64,000 nucleotides of DNA. It comes from Gammaproteobacteria bacterium (GTDB lineage: Bacteria > Pseudomonadota > Gammaproteobacteria > Pseudomonadales > Azotimanducaceae). The translations under genes and the position numbers were made by a program. The notes beneath the pieces were generated by a model. That model was not told the DNA's origin and searched no databases. It saw nothing but the letters and a program-made list of their open reading frames with translations. The stretch is from positions 9,534-73,533 of the forward strand of contig JAFIFJ010000138.1 in NCBI GenBank assembly GCA_020832085.1. Reading direction: 5' to 3'. This document shows, piece by piece, positions 33,846 through 43,358 of the stretch; the stretch's first letter is position 1, and every line of letters begins with the position of its first letter.

Positions 33846-34952
33846 TCAGTTCCCGGTGGGGGGGGCCTCGAAGCGCTCGATGCGGATGATGGCGCCGATC
33901 CAGGGGTGATCCAGATAGTGCAGCTCACCGCTGCGCATGCGGCGCGACTGCCGGACGTGGACCCATTCGGGAGCGGGGGCTGCAGTCAGCACCACGGCAG
34001 CGTCTCCCTGGGCCCCCGAGCCGGGCTCGGGAACCTTGAAGTAGAGATCGAGATGGGCGTGGAGGAAGCGCCGCAGATCGACGGTGAGGGTACCGAGCAG
34101 GAGTTCACCTTCGGGCAGGCCGGATCGGGTTCGAGCTGTTTCGGCCAGATCCGCCGTGTACAGCAATTGCGCCAGTCCTGGCTCGTTGGGGATGAAGGGC
34201 TGGCGCCAGGCGAGCTGGCCCAAGACCTCGAAGCCGCGGGCGCGGCGCAGGCGTGCCGCCTCACCGTTGAGGAAGCGCTCGCCGGCGGGCACCTCGCGGA
34301 AGGCCAGATCCATGGGGATGACGCCAACGAGTTCGGGAATGCCGATGATCTCCAGTTGGGGCTGCAGTTCCGGTAGCGGCTGCGCGATGACGAGACTGGG
34401 CTCGATGGCGGGGACCGGCAGACCCTCCGGTTCGGACTCGTCGCCGGGCGCCCGTTCGTCCTCGGGTTCCCGCTCGTCCCAGGCGAGCCACTGCAATGAG
34501 TCGAGAAAGCCGAGGTCGATGGGATGACGTGCCCGGCCGACGTGTTCGATGGCCAGCAGGAACCGCTCCTGCTCCACGCTCAGGCCCGGCGTGACCTGAA
34601 GCCATTCCGGGGCCTGGCCGGCGCTCTGCCACAGGGCCAGATACTCGGCGGTGCGTGTTGGCCTGAGATCCTCGCCGGCCGGCGGCAGCAGCGTGGCCAG
34701 CCGGGGTGACCAGCGCGGCTGGATCTTGCCGCCAAGGTCCTCGGCGGTGGCGCTGCGCGCGTTGTCGTTGCGGAAGATGATCACTTCCACCTGATACCAG
34801 GGGCAGTTGTTGATGCCCGACGGCGCGCTGCCGCAGGCGCTGACGAACTGGGCGGAGGCCTGGGGCAGCAGCAAGAGCGCGAGTAGGCCACTGAGGATGC
34901 CTGATCTCACAGCGGTGTTGAGCAGACCCGGAGCTTGTAGGGCGTCATCCAT
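33846..34952 (-). CDS. csiV: CsiV-family periplasmic peptidoglycan-associated protein
   Basis: Signal peptide, CPWYQVEVIIFRND and C-terminal RRMRSGELHYLDHPWIGAIIRIE, both typical of CsiV proteins encoded downstream of mfd. ATG 34952 overlaps the mfd stop. Confidence 0.6.
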   Translation of the reverse strand: MDDALQAPGLLNTAVRSGILSGLLALLLLPQASAQFVSACGSAPSGINNCPWYQVEVIIFRNDNARSATAEDLGGKIQPRWSPRLATLLPPAGEDLRPTRTAEYLALWQSAGQAPEWLQVTPGLSVEQERFLLAIEHVGRARHPIDLGFLDSLQWLAWDEREPEDERAPGDESEPEGLPVPAIEPSLVIAQPLPELQPQLEIIGIPELVGVIPMDLAFREVPAGERFLNGEAARLRRARGFEVLGQLAWRQPFIPNEPGLAQLLYTADLAETARTRSGLPEGELLLGTLTVDLRRFLHAHLDLYFKVPEPGSGAQGDAAVVLTAAPAPEWVHVRQSRRMRSGELHYLDHPWIGAIIRIERFEAPPTGN

Positions 34953-37900
34953 GGGCAACCTCTTTCAGGGCCGGTGCAGGCCCGGCGCCGAGCTGTTCGA
35001 GCAACTCCCGGCAGCGACGCAGGCGCAGTTCGGTGTCGGCCAGCGGCAGGATCAGGCGCAGGCGATTGCCGCCGTCGAAGCGGTAACGATCGGGCGACGA
35101 CTGTACCAACTCGATGACGCGCATGGGATCCACCGTCGTATCCTGGCCGAACTCCACCCGGCCACCTGATTCACCGAAGTCCACCCGGGTCACGCCCAGG
35201 TGCTGGGCCAAGAGTTTGATCTCCGTGACCCGGAACAGGTTCACCACCTGGGGTGGCAGGCGGCCGAAGCGATCCACCATCTCTGCCTGCAGGTTCGTAA
35301 GGGCGTCGGCATCCTCGGCATTGGCGATGCGCTTGTAGTGCACCAGCCGGGTGTGGACATCGGGCAGGTAGTCGTCGGGGATCAGGGCCGGCAGGTGCAG
35401 ATCCACCTCGATGCCTTCGCCGAGAGGCATGGACAGGCTCGGTTCCTTGCCGGCACGGATGGCCTTTACGGCCCGGTCCAGCATTTCCATATAGAGGCTG
35501 AACCCGATGGCCTGCATCTGACCGGACTGGTCGTCGCCGAGCAGCTCGCCGGCCCCGCGGATCTCCAGATCGTGGGTGGCCAGACTGAAGCCGACTCCGA
35601 GCTCTCCGGCCGCCTCGATGGCCTCCAGACGCTTCTTGGCGTCGTCGGTCATGGCCTTGGGGTCCGGGGTCAGCAGGTAGGCGTAGGCCTGACGGTTGGA
35701 GCGACCCACCCGGCCCCGAAGCTGGTGCATCTGCGCCAGACCAAAGCGGTCGGCGCGGTCGATGACGATGGTATTGGCGTTGGGAATGTCGATACCGGTC
35801 TCGATGATGGTGGTGCACACCAGCACGTTGCAGCGGCGATGGTAAAAGTCGCTCATTACCTGCTCGAGTTCGCGCTCGCGCATCTGGCCATGGCCGATGG
35901 CCACCCGGGCCTCGGGAATCAGGGCCTCGATCTCGGCGGCGGTGCGTTCGATGGTGCGCACTTCGTTGTGGACGTAGAACACCTGACCGCCGCGCAACAG
36001 CTCCCGCAGGATGGCCTCTTTCAACAGGCCGTCGGAGCGGCGGCGGACGAAGGTGCGGATGGACAGCCGCTTCGGCGGTGGCGTGGCGATGATCGACAGC
36101 TCCCGCAGTTCGTGCATGGCCATGTTCAGGGTGCGGGGGATGGGCGTGGCGGTGAGGGTGAGCAGATCCACTTCGGCCCGCAGCGCCTTCAACTGCTCCT
36201 TCTGGCGCACGCCGAAGCGGTGCTCCTCGTCGACGATGACCAGGCCGAGGTCCCGGTAGCGGAACTCCCGGCTCAGGAGCTTGTGGGTGCCGATGACAAT
36301 GTCCACCTTGCCGGCAGCCAGGCGCTCGGCCACCGAAGTCATCTCCTTGCCGCTTCTGAAGCGCGACAGCACTTCGATCTTCACCGGCCAGTCGGCGAAG
36401 CGGTCGGAGAAGGTCTCGAAGTGCTGCTGTGCCAGCAGGGTGGTGGGCACCAGCACGGCCACCTGTTTACCACTCTGGACGGCGATGAAGGCGGCACGCA
36501 TGGCCACCTCGGTCTTGCCGAAACCCACGTCGCCGCAGACCAGACGGTCCATGGGCTCGGTACCCACCATGTCGGCAATCACCGCGGCCACGGCGGATTC
36601 CTGGTCCGGCGTCTCCTCGAAGGGGAAGGCGGCAGCGAAGCGGGCGTATTCCTCGTCCGGTTCGGCGAAGCCGAAGCCGGTGCGGGAGGCGCGCCGGGCA
36701 TGGATATCCAGCAGTTCCGCGGCGACATCCCGGACCTTCTCCGCGGCCTTGCGCTTGGCCTTCTCCCACTGATCCGAGCCCAGGCGGTGCAGGGGAGCCT
36801 GTTCCGGGTCGGCGCCGGTGTAGCGGGAAATCACGTGCAGGTTCGCCACCGGAACATAGAGCCGGGCGCCGTTGGCATACTCCAGCGTGAGGAACTCGGC
36901 CCGGTGCTCGCCCACGTCCATGGTTTCCAGGCCCAGATAGCGGCCGACGCCATGTTCGAGGTGCACCACGGGTGCGCCCTTGCGCAGCTCGCTCAGGTTG
37001 CGGATCACCGCCTCCGGCGCCTCGGCGGCCCGCTGCCGGCGGCGCTGCTGACGGACGTGCTCGCCGAGCAGCACGGTTTCAGGAATCACTGCCAGGGTGA
37101 CGTCGCCGGCGGTGAACCCGAACCCGGCTTCGAGGGGGGCAATACACAGGCCCACCGCTGCGTCGCCGTCGAGGAACTGCGAGAAGCTCTCCACGGTATG
37201 GGGGTTCACACCGGCCCGTTGCAGGGTTTCGGTGAGCACTTCCCGGCGGCCTGGGGATTCGGCACTGAACAGCACCCGCTGGGGCGCGGGCCGTGCCGCC
37301 TCCTCGTCGCCATCCCTGAGGTAGCGCAGCAGAGCGGCGGCCGGGTGCTCGCTGCGGGCGTCGAGTTCGAGGTGGGGCAGATGGGTCACCTCGAAGCGGA
37401 ACTCGGAACTGCGCAAGGACTGCTGGCTGTCGCGCAGGCGTACCTGCCCGAAGCGGCCCAAGGCCACGAACAGTTCGTCCACTTCCAAAAACAGGGACTC
37501 CGGCGGCAGCAGGGGCCGTTCCCGGTCGAAACGCAGGTTCTCGTAGCGCTCTAGCACCTCGTCCCGGAAGCTGCGGGCACTGGCGGCGGGGTCACCGCAG
37601 AACACTGCCGCCGTGGACTCCGGCAGGTAGTCGGTGAGCGCGGCCAGGGCGCCGAAGAACAGGGGCAGGTAGTACTCGATGCCCGGTGCCGGCGTACCCT
37701 GACAGATGTCCTGATAGATGGGGCAGGCGTGGGGATCGCCGCTGAAGCTCTGGTGCCAGCGATCACGAAAGCCGCGAATGGCATCGGCGTCCAGGGGGAA
37801 TTCCCGGGCCGGCAGCAGGCGGATGGAGTTCACCTGTTCGAGGCTGCGCTGGGTTTCCGGATCGAAGGTCCGGAGGGACTCGATCTCGTCGTCGAAGAGA

Positions 37901-38469
37901 TCGATGCGGTAGGGCACCGCGCTGCCCATGGGGAAGAGGTCCATGAGGGCGCCGCGTATGGCGTACTCGCCGTGCTCGAAGACGGTCTCCACCCGGCGGT
38001 AGCCGGCGGCCTGAAGCACCCGCTTGCGGGTGTCGAGGTCGAAGCGGTCGCCCACGTCCAGCACCAGGGCCCGGCCCACGAGCCAGTCCACCGGCACAAT
38101 GCGATGAATCAGGGTGGTAATCGGCGCCACCAGGACGCCGCGCTTCAGGTCCGGCAGGCGCTGCAGGGTCGAAAGGCGCTGGGAGACGATATCCTGCTGG
38201 GGCGAGAAGCTGTCGTAGGCCAGGGTTTCCCAGTCCGGAAAGTGCAACACTTCCGGGTCCGACTCACGGTCCAGGAAGTAGCGGATCTCCGCTTCCAGCC
38301 GGGAGGCTTCGCGGGTGTCGCTGGCCACCACCAGCAGCAGGCTGTCGTGGGTGCGGGCGGCGGCGGCCAGGGCCAGGGCATCCGCTCCCGGCCCGAGCCC
38401 GCTCCAGCGGATGCGGTCGTCGACGGTATGGGGCAGGGGCGGGGCGAGCAGATGGGCGCTGTTGGACAT
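34945..38469 (-). CDS. mfd: Transcription-repair coupling factor
   Basis: 1174 aa from MSNSAHLLAPPLP. CarD/RID region, helicase motifs VCGDVGFGKTEVAMRA, DEEHRFGV, TATPIPRT, QLRGRVGRS, and a TRG/D7 C-terminus. The 305 codons upstream in the track ORF are not mfd. Confidence 0.95.
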   Translation of the reverse strand: MSNSAHLLAPPLPHTVDDRIRWSGLGPGADALALAAAARTHDSLLLVVASDTREASRLEAEIRYFLDRESDPEVLHFPDWETLAYDSFSPQQDIVSQRLSTLQRLPDLKRGVLVAPITTLIHRIVPVDWLVGRALVLDVGDRFDLDTRKRVLQAAGYRRVETVFEHGEYAIRGALMDLFPMGSAVPYRIDLFDDEIESLRTFDPETQRSLEQVNSIRLLPAREFPLDADAIRGFRDRWHQSFSGDPHACPIYQDICQGTPAPGIEYYLPLFFGALAALTDYLPESTAAVFCGDPAASARSFRDEVLERYENLRFDRERPLLPPESLFLEVDELFVALGRFGQVRLRDSQQSLRSSEFRFEVTHLPHLELDARSEHPAAALLRYLRDGDEEAARPAPQRVLFSAESPGRREVLTETLQRAGVNPHTVESFSQFLDGDAAVGLCIAPLEAGFGFTAGDVTLAVIPETVLLGEHVRQQRRRQRAAEAPEAVIRNLSELRKGAPVVHLEHGVGRYLGLETMDVGEHRAEFLTLEYANGARLYVPVANLHVISRYTGADPEQAPLHRLGSDQWEKAKRKAAEKVRDVAAELLDIHARRASRTGFGFAEPDEEYARFAAAFPFEETPDQESAVAAVIADMVGTEPMDRLVCGDVGFGKTEVAMRAAFIAVQSGKQVAVLVPTTLLAQQHFETFSDRFADWPVKIEVLSRFRSGKEMTSVAERLAAGKVDIVIGTHKLLSREFRYRDLGLVIVDEEHRFGVRQKEQLKALRAEVDLLTLTATPIPRTLNMAMHELRELSIIATPPPKRLSIRTFVRRRSDGLLKEAILRELLRGGQVFYVHNEVRTIERTAAEIEALIPEARVAIGHGQMRERELEQVMSDFYHRRCNVLVCTTIIETGIDIPNANTIVIDRADRFGLAQMHQLRGRVGRSNRQAYAYLLTPDPKAMTDDAKKRLEAIEAAGELGVGFSLATHDLEIRGAGELLGDDQSGQMQAIGFSLYMEMLDRAVKAIRAGKEPSLSMPLGEGIEVDLHLPALIPDDYLPDVHTRLVHYKRIANAEDADALTNLQAEMVDRFGRLPPQVVNLFRVTEIKLLAQHLGVTRVDFGESGGRVEFGQDTTVDPMRVIELVQSSPDRYRFDGGNRLRLILPLADTELRLRRCRELLEQLGAGPAPALKEVAHG

Positions 38470-38592
38470 GAAGGTGCATCTTTGACGGCGGCAGAAGGCT
38501 TCGGGCGCGAGGCGGCGTATTGTACCCGCGTGCCGCGGCGATGGCAGGCTTGGCGGCGAAGTTTGTGGCGGTAGCGGAAAAGGGATGGTGGT

Positions 38593-39729
38593 ATGTGGAT
38601 CCTGCGTGGGCTGATCATCCTGCTGCTCGGAGTCGCTCTGGGCTGGCTGCTGCGGGGCTGGCAGACCACCGTCGAGCCGCTGGCAGAGACGACGGAAACG
38701 CGGCATCCGGCTGCAGTGGCGACGACGACAGAGCCGGAAGTGTGGAGGGTTTTCGAGGCGCAGATCGCGGCCGGTGCTGCGGAAGAAGCCGTCCGCAGCT
38801 ACGCCGGCGTGGCTGATCCTGGCCGGGAGCCGGAGTTGGCGGCGCGCATGCGCGAGCGCATCCTCAACCACGGCCGGCTGGCCAGCGGGCGTCGAGAGAT
38901 GGAATCGGCCCTGGCGCTGCTGGAGCGCTACACCTTCTACTACCTTCAGGACTTGGATGGCCACTACCGGCTGGCGGAGGCGGCGGAGCGCCTCGGGCGG
39001 GGTCAGGTCGCCCTGGATGCGCTGCTGGCGGCCCTGGAGGTGGCCTTGAACGGCCCCGATCCCGGGCCGGCCAGGGAGCGGGTGGCGCATCTGGTGGATG
39101 CCCTGGCCGCGGGCCGGCTGGCCATCGATGATCGGGCGGGTGCCATGGCGCTGTATCAGTCCGTGCTGGATCGGGATCCCCTCAATCACCGCTACCGCTT
39201 CCTGTTGGCGGTACAACTGGAAGCGGCAGGTGACCTGCGGGCTGCGCGCCGGGAACTGGAGCAGATTCCCGCCTACGGTCACGACAGGGCTGCCATGGCG
39301 GCCCTGGCCCAGCGCATCAGCGAATCCGGGGCCCTGGCGACCCGGTTTGCCGAAGGCCTGCCGCTGACCCCCTTCGGTGGACATTTTCTGGTGGAGGTGG
39401 CGCTGGACGATGGCCGGGCACTCAGCCTGCTGCTGGACACCGGGGCGACCCGGACCGTGCTGCGGCCGCGGGTGGTCGCGGCCGTGGCGGGTGCCGAGCG
39501 GCTGCCCAATCGGGTCAGGGTCGGCACCGCCAATGGCGTGGTCAGCGCCAGTCGCTACCGGCTTCCCGGGCTGACTCTGGGGCCGTTCCGTATCGACGCG
39601 CCGGAATTGGTGGTGCTCGATCTGGACGGCCTCGGCAGCGGCGTGGACGGTCTGCTCGGTCTCGATCTGCTCAGCGGCTTCGACTATCGCATCGATCCTG
39701 GCCGCGGCCGCCTGCTGCTGGCCCGTTGA
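38593..39729 (+). CDS. Membrane-anchored TPR-like / retropepsin-like aspartic protease
   Basis: N-terminal TM helix (ILRGLIILLLGVALGWLL), a helical-repeat middle, and a C-terminal LLLDTGATRTVL (D-T-G-A) plus GLLGLDLL, typical of clan AA bacterial retropepsins. Confidence 0.6.
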   Translation: MWILRGLIILLLGVALGWLLRGWQTTVEPLAETTETRHPAAVATTTEPEVWRVFEAQIAAGAAEEAVRSYAGVADPGREPELAARMRERILNHGRLASGRREMESALALLERYTFYYLQDLDGHYRLAEAAERLGRGQVALDALLAALEVALNGPDPGPARERVAHLVDALAAGRLAIDDRAGAMALYQSVLDRDPLNHRYRFLLAVQLEAAGDLRAARRELEQIPAYGHDRAAMAALAQRISESGALATRFAEGLPLTPFGGHFLVEVALDDGRALSLLLDTGATRTVLRPRVVAAVAGAERLPNRVRVGTANGVVSASRYRLPGLTLGPFRIDAPELVVLDLDGLGSGVDGLLGLDLLSGFDYRIDPGRGRLLLAR

Positions 39730-39741
39730 TGGGCCGCGCCG

Positions 39742-41364
39742 TCAGGCCTTGGCCAGGGCGGTGAAGCCCAGCGCCACCAGGACGATGACGCCGGCCCAGG
39801 CCAGCAGTCCGGCGTAGGCGGGCCACCAGGCCCGGCCCAGGCCGCTGGCATCGAAGTCGGAGCTGGCGACAGCGTCAGCGTCCATCCGGCGCGGCAGCGG
39901 CAGGCTGACCAGGACAGCGGTCACCCAGGTGGCCACGAAACCGGTGACGTTCCACCACAACCAGGAAATGTCCGGGTGGCCCAGGGCCAGCACGAGGTTG
40001 ACGCCGAAGCCGGCGGCCAGGCCGCAGAGCACGCCGGGTTCACCGGTCCTGCGGGTGAGGATGCCGAGCAGGAACACCGCCAGCAGCGGGCCGTTGATCA
40101 GGGAGCCGATCATGTTGATGGCCACCAGCACGGAATCGGCGATGGCCTCCACGTAGAAGGCCATGATCAGGGTGACCACGCCCCAGAATACGGTCAGCAG
40201 CTTGGCCAGGATGAACTCCCGACGGATCGACAGCGGCTTGCGGCGAAAGCGCCGGACCAGGTCTTCCATGGTGGTGGCCGAGAGGGCGTTGAGCACCGAA
40301 TCCAGGGAGGACATGGCCGCCGCGAACAGGCCCACCATCACCAGTCCCACCAGCCCCGGAGGAAACTGCTCGAAGACGAACTGGGGCACCGCCAGATTGA
40401 AGTTCGGCACCGATTCGCCGGCGCTGTCCGACCGCAGTGGCAACCGCTCAACGAAGCCGGGGTCCATGCTGGCGTAGGCGGCGAGACAGACGCCGAGCAG
40501 GCAGTAGCTCAGCACCAGGGGAAAGCGCAGCAGGCCGTTGAGCAGCAGGGCCCGATTGCCGTCGGCCACGGAACGGGACGCCAGCAGACGCTGGGTCTGG
40601 CTCTGGTCGCAGCCGTAGTAGCTGACGTAAAGGAACAGGCCGCCGAACAGCATCGGCCAGAAGGCGTAGTCATGGCCGTCGCCCCAGCCGGTGTGGCTGA
40701 AATCGAGGCTCGTCAGCCGCTCTGACGGGACGCTGGCAAACACCGCGCCGACGCCTCCGAGGGCGTCCACCGCCACCCAGATGGCCAGCAGAATGGCGAA
40801 ACTCAGCACTGCCAGCTGAATCACGTCGCTGACGATGACGGCCCGCAGGCCGCCGATGGCATCGTAGACGATGGTGATGCTGGCCAGCAGCAGGACCGCG
40901 GTGAGGAAATCCGTGTCCAGGCAGATGGCGAGGATCAGCCCGGCGCCGTAGACCGTGACGCCGGTGGCGAAGGCGCGCACCAGCTGGAACACCAGCGACA
41001 GGGTCAGGCGGGTGGCGAGACCGAAGCGGCGCTCCAGGTAGGCGTAGACCGAGACCAGACGCAGGCTGCGCAGGGTCGGCAGCAGCAGCGCCATGATGAC
41101 GATCATGGCCAGGGGGACGGCGAGTTCGTACTGCAGCCACAGCAGGCCGCCGCCGACGGAAAAGGCCACGAAGGCCGGGGCCCCGAGGATGCTGTTGGTG
41201 GAACACTGGGTGGCCATGGTGGACAGCGCGATGCTGACGGGGCCGGAACGGTTGCCACCGAGGTAGTAGTCGCGGCGGTTGCGCTGCCCGCGGGCGATAA
41301 CGATGGCAAGCAAGATCATGGCGGTCATGTACAGACCGACCACCACCCAGTCGATGGCGGTCAT
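39742..41364 (-). CDS. Sodium:solute symporter (SSS family)
   Basis: About 13 TM helices. MTAIDWVVVGLYMTAMILLAIVIARGQRNRRDYYLGGN is an SSS-type N-terminus. Start at the internal Met of ORF 39742..41418. Confidence 0.8.
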   Translation of the reverse strand: MTAIDWVVVGLYMTAMILLAIVIARGQRNRRDYYLGGNRSGPVSIALSTMATQCSTNSILGAPAFVAFSVGGGLLWLQYELAVPLAMIVIMALLLPTLRSLRLVSVYAYLERRFGLATRLTLSLVFQLVRAFATGVTVYGAGLILAICLDTDFLTAVLLLASITIVYDAIGGLRAVIVSDVIQLAVLSFAILLAIWVAVDALGGVGAVFASVPSERLTSLDFSHTGWGDGHDYAFWPMLFGGLFLYVSYYGCDQSQTQRLLASRSVADGNRALLLNGLLRFPLVLSYCLLGVCLAAYASMDPGFVERLPLRSDSAGESVPNFNLAVPQFVFEQFPPGLVGLVMVGLFAAAMSSLDSVLNALSATTMEDLVRRFRRKPLSIRREFILAKLLTVFWGVVTLIMAFYVEAIADSVLVAINMIGSLINGPLLAVFLLGILTRRTGEPGVLCGLAAGFGVNLVLALGHPDISWLWWNVTGFVATWVTAVLVSLPLPRRMDADAVASSDFDASGLGRAWWPAYAGLLAWAGVIVLVALGFTALAKA

Positions 41365-41420
41365 CACGTCCGCCGACCTCGTGCGGAAACGGCTTCGCTT
41401 GCCGTCTGCCCCGACCATTG

Positions 41421-41436
41421 TGGCACCATGCCTGCA
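41421..41436 (+). promoter_or_regulatory. Candidate sigma54 promoter (distal) for the GH13_18 phosphorylase
   Basis: TGGCACCATGCCTGCA: perfect -24 TGGCAC, -12 CTGCA, correct spacing. It lies in the SSS/GH13 divergent gap. Confidence 0.55.
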
Positions 41437-41461
41437 TTCGATTGCTGAGGTGATAACGCCT

Positions 41462-41477
41462 TGGCAAGATCGCTGCG
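41462..41477 (+). promoter_or_regulatory. Weaker second sigma54-like element
   Basis: TGGCAAGATCGCTGCG (TGG-N9-TGCG), 41 bp downstream of the first. Confidence 0.3.
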
Positions 41478-41543
41478 GCCCAGGCCGGCCAGACCAACAG
41501 GAACTTTTTCTGCGTCGTCGGACGCGGTGACGGAAACCGCTAC

Positions 41544-43325
41544 GTGAATCATCCAGGTCCCGAGCGCGACACCCTGCATGGCCAGTTCGCGGCCCGGGTT
41601 CATGCCCTGCGCGGTGAACTCGAAGGTCTTTATGGCCCGGCGGCGGCCGCGGATGTCCTGCGCGCCATCCTGTCGACGGTGGCGGAGTGCCGTCCCGTGG
41701 CGCAGCGGCCGCCGCCCAACAGTTTCGACCCGCGACAGCTCGGGGCCGAAGACGTGCTGCTGATCACCTACGGCAACACCCTCGAGCGTCCCGGAGAGAT
41801 GCCCCTGGCGACCCTGAGGGACTTCATTCGAGAGCGTCTTGACGGTGTCGTCAATGCGGTCCACGTCCTGCCGTTCTTTCCCTTCAGCTCCGACGACGGC
41901 TTTGCGGTCATCGACTTCTACAGCGTCGACCCTGCGCTGGGCGACTGGTCTGACATCACGGCGCTCAGCGCTGAGGTGGCGTTGATGGCCGATCTGGTCA
42001 TCAATCACGTCTCCCGGGAAAGCTTGTGGTTCATGGATTTCGTCAATGATTCCGAACCCGGCCGGGACTTCTTCCTGGCGCTGGAGCCGGACACGGACGT
42101 CAGCCGGGTGGTGCGCCCGCGCAATACGCCGCTGCTGGTACCCATCCATACCTATCGTGGCATGCGCCACGTGTGGGCCACGTTCAGTGAGGACCAGATC
42201 GACCTGGATTTTTCCAAGCCCCGCGTGCTCGCTGAGATGGTGCGGGTGCTCTGCAATTATCTGCGCGCCGGGGCCCGCCTCATCCGCCTCGACGCCATTG
42301 CCTATCTCTGGAAGGAAGTGGGCACGCCCTGCATCCACCACCCCAACACCCATGCAGTGGTGCGCATTCTGCGCCTGCTCAGTGAGCTGATGTGCGATCC
42401 GGACCGTGATCCGGTGGTGCTGATCACCGAGACCAACGTGCCCCACAGCGAGAACGTCAGCTACTTCGGTCATGGCGACGAGGCGCACATGGTCTATCAG
42501 TTCTCGCTGGCCCCCCTGGTGCTGCACGCCCTGACCCGTGGCAGCAGCCGCTACTTGATGCAGTGGGGGGCGGTCCTCGATCCACCGCCAGAGGGCTGTG
42601 CCTTCCTGAATTTTACCGCCTCCCATGACGGCATCGGGCTGCGCCCGGCCGAGGGGCTGGTGCCGGAGCAGGACATCGATGTCCTGGTGGAACTGATGCA
42701 TGCCTTCGGGGGGTTCGTCAGCATGCGCATGCTGGCGGATGGCAGCCAGCGGCCGTATGAGATCAACATTGCCCTGTTTGACGCCCTGCGCGGTACTTTC
42801 GCCGGTGAGGACCACTGGCAGGTGCAGCGCTTCCTCTGCTCTCAGGTGCTGGCCATGAGTCTGCAGGGTGTGCCGGCCATCTACATTCACAGCCTGCTGG
42901 GCACCGGCAATCACATCGAGGGGGTGGAACGCAGCGGACGCACCCGATCCATCAACCGCAGGCAGTGGCAGCTCGCTGAGCTGGAAGAATTGCTGGCTGA
43001 TCCGGCCACCGCAACGGCGCAGGTGTTCGCTGCCATGTCCGGGCTGCTGCGGCTGCGCCGCAGCGTGGCCGCCTTTGCGCCCTGCGCAGCGCAGGTCTTC
43101 GTGCCCATCAGCGATGACTGGGTCACGTTCATTCGGGGCGAAGGCGACGCCGCGGTGGCGGTGGTGATCAACGTCACTGCCGGCAGCTGCCTCCTGGACG
43201 AGGATGCCCGGGCAGCGCTGTTCTGCCAGCGTCAGGTGCGGGATCTGATCACCGGTGAGACCTTCCCGGCTGACGGATCCATCGAGGTGACGCCGTATCG
43301 CTGCCTGTGGCTGCAGGCCCATTAG
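41544..43325 (+). CDS. GH13_18 sucrose-phosphorylase-family sugar phosphorylase (glucosylglycerate/glucosylglycerol phosphorylase candidate)
   Basis: LLITYGNTL...VHVLPFFPFSSDDGFAVIDFYSVDPALGDW...DLVINHVS...IRLDAIAYLWKE are GH13 catalytic regions. GTG start. Specificity inferred from neighbours only. Confidence 0.75.
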   Translation: MNHPGPERDTLHGQFAARVHALRGELEGLYGPAAAADVLRAILSTVAECRPVAQRPPPNSFDPRQLGAEDVLLITYGNTLERPGEMPLATLRDFIRERLDGVVNAVHVLPFFPFSSDDGFAVIDFYSVDPALGDWSDITALSAEVALMADLVINHVSRESLWFMDFVNDSEPGRDFFLALEPDTDVSRVVRPRNTPLLVPIHTYRGMRHVWATFSEDQIDLDFSKPRVLAEMVRVLCNYLRAGARLIRLDAIAYLWKEVGTPCIHHPNTHAVVRILRLLSELMCDPDRDPVVLITETNVPHSENVSYFGHGDEAHMVYQFSLAPLVLHALTRGSSRYLMQWGAVLDPPPEGCAFLNFTASHDGIGLRPAEGLVPEQDIDVLVELMHAFGGFVSMRMLADGSQRPYEINIALFDALRGTFAGEDHWQVQRFLCSQVLAMSLQGVPAIYIHSLLGTGNHIEGVERSGRTRSINRRQWQLAELEELLADPATATAQVFAAMSGLLRLRRSVAAFAPCAAQVFVPISDDWVTFIRGEGDAAVAVVINVTAGSCLLDEDARAALFCQRQVRDLITGETFPADGSIEVTPYRCLWLQAH

Positions 43326-43358
43326 CTCCGTCCGATTGTCGCGAGACAGGATCGCTGA

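Noticed and set aside
35200-37554. 784-aa ORF antisense to mfd.
   Set aside because: Same reasoning: antisense to a strongly conserved helicase gene, with no recognisable motifs and an Ala/Gly/His/Val-rich composition.
38470-39384. 305-codon N-terminal extension of the mfd reading frame (the track ORF is 1479 aa).
   Set aside because: Mfd homology begins at MSNSAHLL (38469). The extension is Arg/Gln/Pro-rich and overlaps the plus-strand TPR/retropepsin gene, which has a proper TM helix and the DTGA motif.
41364-43322. 652-aa ORF antisense to the GH13 phosphorylase.
   Set aside because: The plus-strand frame carries unmistakable GH13 catalytic regions. The antisense frame has none.
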